Origin: the human T2T-CHM13v2.0 reference genome, Homo sapiens
Length of the DNA: 64,000 bases
Reading direction: 5' to 3' (one strand)
NCBI RefSeq assembly: GCF_009914755.1
Contig: NC_060938.1
Part shown: positions 49,750 through 64,000 of the stretch, piece after piece
Layout: each line of letters starts with the position of its first letter
Numbering within the stretch: position 1 is the stretch's first letter
Program-made: the position numbers and the translations under genes
The notes under the pieces: generated by a model
The model's input: only the letters and a program-made list of their open reading frames with translations
What the model was told of the DNA's origin: nothing
Databases searched by the model: none

Positions 49750-51731
49750 ATCAGTTATACAACAGCAATTTAATGAATCTCAGAGTGAAGACAAATTGCC
49801 GGTTTCTGAGTAGAGGGCCAGGATAGGTCACCTGGATACTCATTGAAACTAATGATTCTCAACTTCTCCTGCCTTCAACTCACCAGAGGAATATTAGACA
49901 TCCACTTGTTAGTGGTTCTCTATGGGGGATAGTAGAGGAAAGCCAAATTTGGGCATTAATAGAACAAATCTTATGTTAAATCCTCGTATTATTTTTCTTG
50001 AGATAATATGACTACAGCTCAGATATAACCATATCCAATTTTTAACTACTTCAAACCAAGTAATTCCATATTATTCTCACTACTCCTATCTAATTGTGGT
50101 ATCAATTGGCTCTAAAAATATTAAACACATATATATTACTTGAGACCTCTAGACTATAAAATACTTCAAAAGTCTAGTCCTTAAAACGTAGGGCAAAAAA
50201 TACCTCAATTTTGGCCGGGCGCGGTGGCTCACGCCTGTAAACCCAGCACTTTGGGAGGCCGAGGCAGGTGGATCAGGAGGTCAGGAGTTTGAGACCATCC
50301 TGGCCAACACAGTGAAACCCCGTCTCTACTACAGATACAAAAAATTAGCCAGGCATGGTGGCAGGTGCCTGTAATCCCAGCTATTCAGGAGGCTGAGGCA
50401 GGAGAATCACTTGATCCCAGGAGATGGAGGTTGCAGTGAACCGAGATCATGCTGTTGCACTCCATCCTGGGCGACAGGGCAAGACTCTGTCTCAAAAAAA
50501 AAAAAACAAAAAAACAACCCAGCAACACACATAATTGCCTAATTCTTTTCAATTAGCAATATTTTTATGTTGCAAAACATATAGGATAAGACATACTTAC
50601 TGCTTATCTGGTCCTCCACAGAAAATAATTCAGCAATATAAATACTAGATCAATATTTAACCATCAAGGAAAAGATATACTGCTACATCAGCTGATTTTT
50701 TTTCTCTTTGAATTTAATGTATTTACATCAAAAAATTAGGTAGTCATTTTACATTTAAGGAATAAAAACCTTAAAAAAAACAATACAAAGAGTGAAAGGA
50801 TTTTAACCAAGTTTACATTTCTTTTTGCTATAATTTTTAACAACAATTCGTCTCATCATAACTTAATGCAATGTGCAAATGCAGCACCCATTACAATCAT
50901 TAAACTAAATTTAAGGAAGTACATTGTTAATAGTGACCCTCGGAGGAAATGGATTTCTCTTCTATTAAAAACTCTATGGTATATAAGCATTACATAATAA
51001 TGCTACTTAACCACCTTTTGTCTCAAGAATTATCACCAAAGTTTTCTGGAAATAAGTCCACATAAGAATTAAATATTTAAAAGGTGAAATGTTCCTTATT
51101 TTAACTTTAGCAAGATCTTTTCTTTTTCATTAAGAAACACTTTAATAATTTTAAAGCAAAAGCTGTTAGAGTCTAGATAGCTAAAACTGTACTCCTGAGT
51201 TCAAGCTTACAGATAAATCTTTTGTTAAGTAGTTCTCAATAAAATATCTTCCCTCCCCATACCCCTACCCGAAATCTTATATTGTTCTTTACAAAACTTT
51301 GGTCAAGAGTAGAAATATATCCAGGCAGATGTATATGCCATACAATAGCAAGAACAGTAAAGCCCAACTAATGATTTTGAGTTTTAAAAATAGAAGGCAA
51401 TTAAAATGTACTCAAAGTTACATTAAGAAAAGCTTTCACGGGGGTAATATTGAAACAGTCACAAAGGTTAAGAAAATACTGATATCAAAGTACAAATGAC
51501 TACAATGTTAAAATAGACAAAAACTGCTATACAAGAGCCTCTTTGAAAATTAAAAATAAAGAACACAACACATGAGTCAGGATGATTTTCCTGTTCTACT
51601 CATGAATTTTAGTCTTTATAAGGTTGGTTATGTTGACATCTAGAAGAGTTTCTTATCACATCTGATGGTCTCATTCCAACTTCGTAGGGTGGGTCTTCCC
51701 CAAGGAACCTCTGATCCTGGTCGCATCTTGG
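49750..51731 (-). other. SPTSSA: SPTSSA 3' UTR (distal end uncertain)
   Basis: AT-rich unique sequence after the stop; candidate ATTAAA signals at ~50713-50718 and ~49769-49774. Confidence 0.6.
50213..50516 (+). mobile_element. AluS
   Basis: Full dimer, antisense to SPTSSA. Confidence 0.92.
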
Positions 51732-51835
51732 TCATTGTACGATTTCAAAGTAGTGCAATATCGCCATGATGTGCTGGGGCATGAAGACGTATCCTGTGTA
51801 TAGTGCCATCCCCACAATGGAAACCAGCATGGAAT
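51732..51835 (-). CDS. SPTSSA: Serine palmitoyltransferase small subunit A, last coding exon
   Basis: (N)SMLVSIVGMALYTGYVFMPQHIMAILHYFEIVQ* matches the ssSPTa C-terminus as I recall it; acceptor ...aactcag|AT at 51836-51837; TGA at 51732-51734; exon 1 lies beyond the window. Confidence 0.95.
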
Positions 51836-52108
51836 CTGAGTTGTAGTTAAGGAAACTTATTATTATTAATTTATTCAAAACTAAATCTCCACATGTCTTC
51901 AACAACTCTTTTATGCTGAAGTACCCATTCACTTAGTGCTTTCTCATTTATATCAAGCACTGATAAAAAAAACAACAAGAATGATAATACTAGCCACTAA
52001 CAACCATGCCTGGCACCACTCTAAGCTGGTTTTGTTTTATTTTGTTTTTAGCTCATTCTATCTTTACTATCACCATATAAAGTAAGTACTGTTATTCTCC
52101 CTGTGTAG

Positions 52109-52480
<372 letters not shown>

Positions 52481-53675
52481 TGAAGCATAGAATGTGATAC
52501 TGTTCTACCTAAGAAATAAATATACAGGAATAAAATTCTATTTAATTACTATAAAAGATCTACCAACTTAACTAATAAGAATGTATGATCAAAGAATTTT
52601 AGAATTAGACTAGAATGTGGCTAAAAGTATTTTTAGAGTCAGACAAAGCTAAAATCAATCATACACTAGCTTAGGGATGACAGCAACTGCTACTGCTATT
52701 ATCACTATTAAACATTATTATCACTATTGCTACTATTTGCAACAACTTCAAATAAAGGTAATCTTGATAACCTAAACAATAACCTTTCTGTACCATGTTC
52801 CTTTCTTTTTATTACAAAAGGAACTGAAACTGTATATATGGAAGTCAACAAGAGGCCTCTCTCTGGGGCCACACAAAATACTGCTAGCAAAAATTATGTC
52901 AAATCTAAGGGCTTTTGGCTTTGCACAGTTACATAGGATGCTAAGAGGAATAACTGTTTTTGAACTGGAGTCATGCTTTATTAATTCATTCATATTCTCA
53001 TTCTTCTCTCTCTCTCCTCTTTCACTTGCCTTTCCCCTTTCTCAACTCTACATACCTTTCAGCTATACATACTATTATTTTTAAAATAACTTACATTCTT
53101 TTATGAGAAGATAGGGTTTAAATAAACAATGTGCTTACTATCAACTAATATTTGTATAACAGGTTAGTTGACAAATCTCTTCCACAATTACATTATCTTA
53201 CTTAACCCTTATAGCTTTCCTATGAAATGTTTATTATGTTCATCACTAATCAGAAGCTGAGAAAACTGAGTAGCTTGTTCAGGGCCATACAGGAAGCTGT
53301 CTTTAGAGCCAGAGGTCAAACCAAGACTGCCTGACTCAAGCCATAAACTCATTCTCTTCATCCAGCAAACAAGAGCAGAAAGTCTTTCACAATCTTTTTT
53401 TTACAATTTACTTTTTAACCGCCCTTAATCCAGTTATTCCTTAAACTGCCGCCTTCTATTTACTAATTTCTTTAAAAAAAAGAGAGAAAGAAAAATATAT
53501 ACATTTGCTGCTTCTATATCATTGGCATATATTTGTTCATCACCAACACACCATCTGATTCTTACTCCTCCAGACTGTAGGCATTGTTCTAAGATCACTG
53601 GTGGTCTCCACCAAATCCAAAGGCTGTTTGAATTGACACTGTTTTAGTCCTTCTTCTTCAAAACCCTTTCCATTT

Positions 53676-53795
53676 ATGCCTGTAGTGCCAGCTACTCTGG
53701 AGGCTGATGTGAGCCGGAAGGGCACCACTGCACTCCAGCCTGAGCAACAGAGCCAGACCCTGTCTCAAAAAACAAACAGAAAACAAAACAAAACA
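53676..53795 (+). mobile_element. Alu right-arm fragment
   Basis: Partial right arm and A-rich tail. Confidence 0.75.
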
Positions 53796-54345
53796 ATCCT
53801 TTCCACTCTTTAAAACTCTACTCTGGGCTGAGGTATTTTCTAAGGCCCTCTTTTAATCTCTCTTACCATTTCCCTGTTTTTCACTGGCTCTTTCCTTTAT
53901 GATGGATGATAGATAAGAGTGAACTTTGTGCTTTCCTTGCAAACATCCACTCTCCTCCTAGTATAGCAGCCATGCCCTTTTGGTTAGACTAACCCATCTT
54001 CATGGATAACCCCTGACTGGTCTTAACCAATTAGAGGGATCTCTTTTGCTTGGTAACAATGCCCTACATCAAAACTGATTAATCAGCTCAAAGCTTAGGA
54101 CTTCAGCCAGGAATTCAGGAACATAGATGCTCTCTCCTACAATATGCAGCTTGCTGATGGAATCTTGCAATCACTGGAGTCACTTTACCTCCATGAGGAA
54201 AGCAAGATTCAGAACAAAGCTGACTCAAGAAGGTGGCAGGACAAAAATAATCACAGAAAAATGGAGTCAGAATCCTCATCAAAAAACCCTGAATCCCACC
54301 CTACCACTGGATTTTTACATACTAAACTAATAAATCCCCTTTACT

Positions 54346-54635
54346 TTTTTTGAGTCAAGGTCTCACTCTGTTGTCCAGGCTAGACTGCAGTTACACAATC
54401 ATAGTTCACCACAGCCTCGACCTCCCAGGCTCAGGCAATCCTCCCACCACAGCCTTCCAAGTAGCTGGGACAACAAACACGCACTACCACGCCCAGCTGA
54501 TTTCTTTATTATTTTTGTAGAGATGGGGTCTCCCTGTGTTGCTCAGGCTGGTCTTGAACTCCTGGGGACAAGCAATCCTCCCACCTCAGCCCCCCAAAGT
54601 GCTGAGATTACAGGTGTGAGCCACCACGCCGAGCT
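54346..54635 (-). mobile_element. AluJ-like
   Basis: Reverse dimer. Confidence 0.88.
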
Positions 54636-54766
54636 GGCCAATCCCCTTTACTCTTAAAGTAGCTTGCTCAATTTTGTTACTTGCGGCTGAAAACGTTCCA
54701 GATGATAAAATGGAATTCCCATCATTTTGTCTTGGGCCCCATATTCCCTCATAACTTAAACAACTA

Positions 54767-54996
54767 CAGGTTGAGTATCCCTCATCCTAAATGCTTGAGT
54801 TGAGAAGTATTTCAAATTTCAGATTTTTTTTTTAAATTTAGAATATTTGCATTATACTTAACCCGGTGAGCACACCTAATCCAGTATCAAAAATGCTCCA
54901 ACGGGCATTTCCTTTGACTGTCATGTTGTTGCTCAAAAGTTTTGGATTTTCGAGCATTTCAGACTTTTCATTTTCAGATTAGGGATGTCCATTCTG
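54767..54996. mobile_element. Tigger4a (MER46A-like) MITE
   Basis: TA-caggttgagtatccct...agggatgtccattctg-TA. Confidence 0.8.
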
Positions 54997-55888
54997 TACC
55001 TTCATGTTGTCAACCTGACCTCACCTTCCATACTGCAGACAGATATTTCTACCTACTTACGGTACATTTCCATCTATGACATTCAACAAGGTAACTTAAA
55101 TTCAAACTGAACTCATTAACCTTCTCCAAAACTACCTCTTCCTACGAGTCCAATTTTGCCGATTAACACAACTATTTGCCAAGTCATCCAGTCTAGAAGG
55201 TTTTTTATTCCTTCTCCCCACATTCAAATTACCTATGACTTCTCAGTTCTTCCCCAATCCCTACAAATGACTCTTGTATCTCACCTCCCCAACCTTAATC
55301 AATGATAAATGATTAAGGCATTTATCATCCTTTACTTAGATGATAGAAAGTTCCCATCGTAGGCTTCTAGCCACTTTCCATGTCCCTCTTTACTAGAATG
55401 ATCCTTTTAAAATGCATTAGGTTTCCAATGTCTATAAGACAGCACTTATAGGATTCTAAGGCAAGTATTCAAGGACTTTCCGATCTAGCCCCAAATCTTA
55501 GGATCCACAGAAGTAGATAGGGACTGAAGGATTGAGACAGGGATTCTTGTGCAAGCTATTTATTGAGGGAATTTTATTTGAAGGGGAGTGAGTACAGTAG
55601 AATAGAGCAGGGGAAATAAGCTAAGTAGGGACAGAGTCTCAGCTCCCACAGGGCACTCTGGAGCATAAATTATACCATATAGTTGGCATTGCTTTGACAC
55701 AAAGGGCCTGACCTTTTGTATCTTCTTATCTGTCAATCATTGGTTATAGGGTGGGATACGGAAAATCCACCTAAGCAAGAAGGCTGCTTGGCAGAGGACA
55801 ATACTCTAGAGAAAGGGGGCGCTATAGGTCATTAGCAGCCAACACTCACGGAGGCTTGGGGGGTACATCAGCCATTAAAGGGGACTTA

Positions 55889-56048
55889 AGCTAGGTGCAG
55901 TGGCTCATGCCTGTAATTCCAGCACTTTGGGAGGCCGAGGTGGGAGGATTACTTGAACTCAGGAGTTTGAGACTAGTCTGGGCAACATAGTAAGACAATG
56001 TCTCTACCAAGAAAAAAAATAAAATTAACTTAAAATAAAAAAAAGAAA
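55889..56048 (+). mobile_element. Alu left monomer (FLAM-like)
   Basis: Left arm and A-rich tail. Confidence 0.8.
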
Positions 56049-57133
56049 GGAGACCTAGGTGAAGACCAACCACGACTACCATGCTACTTTTCCACTGTAC
56101 TTCCCAACAGTCCAAACCATTCCCTAATATACACATATCCTACTTGCAGTCATATTACAAGAGTCTCAGAAAACAACATTATATATTTCCATACTGCTCT
56201 GGCTTTGCTTATTGTTTAATAATAATATAAGAATAAGACTGGCAGCAGCAGCTTTCACTTTGTGAATGTCTAGTGTGTGTCTGGTACTAGTTAAGCACTT
56301 CATCAAGTTCCAGTAACCTCCCCAACAAACTACAGGGGCCAGTTCCAAAACAAATCAGTCCAACTCCAAGTATCTGTGTTCTTAACCACTGTACTATATA
56401 CTTTCCTACATATGAAAAGCCCTACTCCCCCTAGTAAAACCTAATAATTCTAGGAGCTCAGTAGTTATCTCCTCTTGTATTAGGCCTTAGGCCTTTCCCT
56501 GGCATTCATAATTTTTCCCATTCTTACCCCAACCCCTTGGCAGAACTAATTATTCCTTAATGCTCATAAAGCTCCTTTAATACTTTGTTTGAAAGTGAGT
56601 AACACAGCACTTACCACCTGACATTACCTATTTGTAGATGTACTTACTCAAATTATCAACTCCTTAAACAGAGAAATAATATTATTTTTGTATCTCCAGC
56701 ATCTAACAAAAAAACATGCTAAATAGACATTTGATGAACAGAGATGTTCATGTGACTAGATTCATTATGATGCTTTCTACATATTCCTCACATTATTGTG
56801 GCTGAAAAACTTGATAATGACTACAGAAAAGACAAAAACAGTTTCCAGGCAATATTGGACTTAAGAACAAATTTTGCTTTTTCACAGCTTTTATATAAAC
56901 CTTATAAATATATATACCAAACAAATGAAAATGGTATAGTAATAATCTTAAGGTCATTGGCTCAATTTCAACTCCAGTAGGAGTGATTACTATAAATCAG
57001 CTATCTGAATATGTATGTTACATAGTCTTTATGATGCTAATTCTTCAATTTAGTATGGAGAATATATCACTTAAGGAACACGCATATATTAGCCTAACAG
57101 GTTATTCCACTATAAATCAAGAATCTGAAACTT

Positions 57134-57440
<307 letters not shown>

Positions 57441-57665
57441 ATCTGAAACTTAAGCTCAATTTTGTGAACATTAAATTGTTAAGCTTTTAAATTTTTTACA
57501 TGCCTATAAAAGCATGATTTTTTAATTCTAAGTGAAACAATAACTTATCAAAACTTGAACAAGTTTTTTGCCTGGTTAAAATACAAGATACTAGAGTTCA
57601 AGACTGTATACACACTCCAGCATGGGTAACAGAGTGAGACCCTGTCTCCCAAAAAAAGAAAATGT

Positions 57666-57739
57666 TGCCAGGCAAGGCAGTTGACGCCTGTAATCCCAAC
57701 ACTTTGGGAACTCAAAGCAGGTGGATCACTTGAGACCAG
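57666..57739 (+). mobile_element. Alu 5' part interrupted by LTR insertion
   Basis: Left arm stops at gagaccag, where the LTR TG begins. Confidence 0.75.
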
Positions 57740-58097
57740 TGAGGCAGGAAAATAGGGTCTGGAGGCAGGGAACATAAGGCCGATTCACACTTCAGTTATG
57801 ACAGGAAATAGCCTCCCCATAGGGTGCAGGCCAAGTAAACACTTTGTAACTTTACTTCATCCTCTCCATCTACATACGGCATACCCCAAGGAACCAATGG
57901 AATCCTCTAGAGGGTATTTAAACTCTCAAATATTCTGTAACAGGGCCTTTGAGCCCCTATGCTCAAGCCTACTCCTAAATTGTGGAGTGTACTTTCATTT
58001 TCAATAAAACCCTTCATTCCTTCCTTGCTTTGTTTATGCATTTTGACCAATTCTTTGTTCATAACGCCAAGAACCTGGACACCCTCCACAGTTAACA
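57740..58097 (+). mobile_element. MER61A-like 5' LTR (ERV1)
   Basis: tgaggcaggaaaatagggtctggaggcagggaac...taaca, with CCAAT, tatttaaa and AATAAA. Confidence 0.8.
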
Positions 58098-58102
58098 TAT
58101 TT

Positions 58103-58120
58103 TGGCAAGCCAGCCAGGAA
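58103..58120 (+). promoter_or_regulatory. Primer binding site, tRNA-Arg type
   Basis: tggcaagccagccaggaa just after the LTR, near-complementary to the tRNA-Arg 3' end (TGGCGAGCCAGCCAGGAG). Confidence 0.75.
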
Positions 58121-58248
58121 GAAGAGGTAAACCTAAAGTTTGGGATTTTTTTTTCTCCTTTCTCCTTTTCTTTTCTGCTCCATACAGGGGACTCTCTCTC
58201 TCTCTCCTCTCTCTCTTTTCCTTTCCCACCCAGGACCCATGTGGGTAG

Positions 58249-59091
<843 letters not shown>

Positions 59092-59480
59092 TAATACTAG
59101 GCCCTCCTTAGAATTTACTCTTGCAGTTGCAATGAATGCTGTTTGGCCCCAACATTGTTTGGAATCTGGAGTTTACTGTTGAATGGGAAAGTGGAATGGT
59201 GTTACATGTATGCAGGTCTTTGTGCTGCAGTTCTAAGCAGAGGGTCTGGTTAACAGGTGACACGATCCTTTGCTACTGTTTGGCCCCAGTGCTCCTTGGA
59301 GTCTGGGGAGGTTTGGCCTTTAAAACTCAAAATGTCATGGAGACTGCTTTACCCGAAATTTTGGTTCACAGCCTTCCTTGGATTATCTCTTGGGGCAAAG
59401 TAAAACCGCCAAGCTTGTATTATTATCTCATGGCTAAGGTTCCAAGCTATTGGATCTTCCTTTGTGTGTGTGTATACATG

Positions 59481-60610
<1,130 letters not shown>

Positions 60611-61233
60611 TAAATAAAATTTGAGTCATATTTTTCTCTCTCTCTGCCTAATTTCTCCAAAATTTGCAAACTATTTGTGAATATTCTTAATTCATGGTAA
60701 TGTGTTTGGTTGCATACAGTCAAACAGGGTTGCTAGGGCCGCTCAGGGATAGAGAACCCAGCAACCTGGCATGCCAGCAAAAGGGTAAGAATTTCTTACT
60801 GGTCTCTGGCCCGCTTTCTCCCTGTGCAAAATGGTTAGTCTCCTCTGTAAAGTTTTAAATTAATTGGTTTAATAATAATAAGAGCCTAAATCAAATATTT
60901 TGTCAGAAAAGTAGAAAGTGTAATGCCTTTTAGTTCATGTGACTTTAGCAATCTTTGGGAAATAAAGACAGTTTTAAAGATTATTAGTAAAAATGTCTTC
61001 AAAATGTAAACATTTGGTCTAAATTATGTTCAAATATTAGGTTTGCTAAATGCTTTAAGGTCATAAACTGCTTCCTTGGCTTTTGAAAATTGTTTAACTT
61101 GCCTGCCTTCCAGCTAGGTAAGACCAAGGGACATGTGGCATTGGCCACACCCCTAGCTATGCTAGAAACAGTCAAACCTTATCAGAATATAACTTACCAC
61201 GTTTTACACTAAAGTTAAAACTGCTAAGAGTCA

Positions 61234-61557
<324 letters not shown>

Positions 61558-61575
61558 TTAAGACTACCAGAAACA

Positions 61576-61862
61576 GGTCAGGCACGATGGCTCATGCCTG
61601 TAATCCCAACACTTTGAGAGAACAAGGAGGGCGAATCTGAGGTCAGGAGTTCGAGACCAGCCTGGCCAACATGGTGAAACCCCGTCTCAGCTAAAACTAT
61701 AAAAGTTAGCCAGGCGTGGTGGCGGGCGCCTGTAATCCCAGCTACTTGGGAGGCTGAGGCATGAGAATCACTCAAACTGGGAGCAGAGGTTGCAGTAAGC
61801 CAAGATCACACCGTTGCACCCCAGCCTGGGCAACAGAGCCAGGCTCCATCTAAAAAAAAAAA
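61576..61862 (+). mobile_element. AluS
   Basis: Full dimer; imperfect TSD aagactac...aaaca. Confidence 0.9.
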
Positions 61863-61984
61863 TTTTTAAAAGACTACTAAAAACAGTTTTACACGCAAGG
61901 TGTCTAAAAATAGTAGAAAAAACTTTTTTTTTCTTTTTGGTAAAAGGTTATAATAAAAAGGTTTTTGCTTCTTTAAAATTTCTA

Positions 61985-62351
<367 letters not shown>

Positions 62352-63706
62352 TCAAACTTCAGTTTCAAAATTGTCTTTCCTAATGCCTGGCTTTCTGGAT
62401 GTATCAGAGGGTCCCTGAAAACATCCAGAAAAGAGGTAAACAGGATTATTTGACATGTTTACATACACGGGATTGCCAAAACGATGTTCAGTCTTCTTTA
62501 GGTTACATTTTTGTGAATAATACTAATGTATATTCCAAAATTGTATGGGATTTCTAAAATTCTAATGTCTAAGTATACGCTATCAACTATAATTATGGTT
62601 ATTATGTTGTCATTGTAAACCACAGAAATAACCAAATCAAACCAGTTGATACTAAAATTGTTTAAAATAGTTTATAACCAATGCTTGGTCCCATATTACT
62701 GGGAAGACAATTAAAGCTTCACGTACATTTGGTCACCTGGTGGGCCATTTAAATATTTTACAAAGCGATTTCATTCCACTGATATCTGGTTGTATAAAAG
62801 CTTTCCCATGCAAGAGGGCTGATGTTGTAACAGTAGATTACTACACTACAGTGTATTTTCACCAGGTAAAAAAAGCTTTTTATCGTTTGAATCTTCTGAG
62901 AACATCAGAGAAAGACTGTCCTCCCCATCCACACTACAACAAAACTTTGGGACCTTGGGCTTTGGGTTCATGGTCTCACAACTGAGAGGGGTCCCTGCAC
63001 ACTTCTGGAACTGCATCCATTGGAACCTTTGAGATAAAGCCAACCAGGGAAATTTCTCCCAAGAAGATAGCATCCTTGATGTGAACAGCTTTTCCAAGTT
63101 CACAGGTTAAGACTTTACTATCATGAAACTCTTATCTTTGAATATTTTTTTCTTGCCTACATCTCTACAAACAATAGAAGTGGAAAAGGGGTCTGTTATG
63201 TGGATTTATGGAGTGTACTTTTATTTATGAAGGGGTCTGCAGCCAGCCTTCTACCTGGGTAATCTTATACTTTGACAGATAAAAAATGAAGGCCCAATGT
63301 AGGTAAGAAACCTTAATGGTATATACATTGCCTCATAATCAGTCAAAAATAAAACACTGGTTCACTCCTCTTAACCCACATCATGGGTTAAAGAGAACAT
63401 TGCCAGGAGGCCTTCCCTCTTCTAGAAGGGCATCAGTTATTTGGCTCTTTTTCCATGGTTTAAAGTGAAAGAAGCAATGATTAGAAATGTATCCCTCATG
63501 ATAGGCTCTCTAGCAAATTCTACTTTAAAGGCTATCATCACACAACAGATTTTAAATTCTCTTGTGAAAGTTATGCTAAATAATAGAATTGGCTAAACAG
63601 ACATGTATCTGTGCAGCTGCTGGCACCTGTGGCCTATCGAGAAATACATAGAATGCAGGTTATAAAAATTCAGTTGTAGGGGATTAATGAAAAGACCACT
63701 TACTCA

Positions 63707-64000
63707 GCTGGGCGCAGTGGCTCACACCTGTAATCACAGCACTTTGAGAGGCCGAGGCAGGTGGATTACCTGAGGTCAGGAGTTCGAGACCAGCCTGGCC
63801 AACATAGTGAAACCGCGTCTCTACTAAAAATACAAAAATTAGTCGGCCGTGGTGGCAGGCACCTGTAATCCCAGCTACTCTGGAGGCTGAGGCAGGAGAA
63901 TCGCTTAAATCTGTGAGGTGGAGGTTTCAGTGAGCCAAGATTGTGCCATGGCACTCCAGTCTAGGTGACAGAGCGAGACTCCATCTCTTAAAAAAAAAAA
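63707..64000 (+). mobile_element. AluS
   Basis: Full dimer to window end. Confidence 0.92.

Noticed and set aside
51836-51932. N-terminal part of the 66-aa ORF 51732-51932
   Set aside because: Intronic in-frame extension upstream of the splice acceptor; not SPTSSA sequence.

Overview
Repeat-dense hominid (human or great ape) genomic DNA. The only intact protein-coding sequence is the terminal exon of SPTSSA (minus strand, CDS part 51732-51835). Its 3' UTR runs leftwards and its intron fills the rest of the window to the right, so the region corresponds to human 14q13 or its ortholog. The remainder is layered mobile DNA: about 47 Alus, a full-length decayed L1PA7/8-type LINE nested in an Alu nested in an older L1MA, a young 5'-truncated L1PA, an SVA, a degenerate LTR40/ERVL provirus, a THE1, two LTR10-family solo LTRs, a MER61-type provirus, Tigger1, Tigger4a, MER33 and MADE1. 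The most interesting feature is an intronless SULT3A-type sulfotransferase retropseudogene (32473-34253, minus). Its 5' end is an MST/THE1 (MaLR) LTR segment that stops exactly at the canonical LTR splice donor, suggesting a fossil cDNA of an LTR-promoted, spliced transcript. Also notable are a young composite tandem array of Alu tail plus (TG)n in the SPTSSA intron, a 5'-extended SVA and an AP-1-rich LTR10. Family names come from my recall of consensus sequences, not from a search, and many boundaries are approximate.
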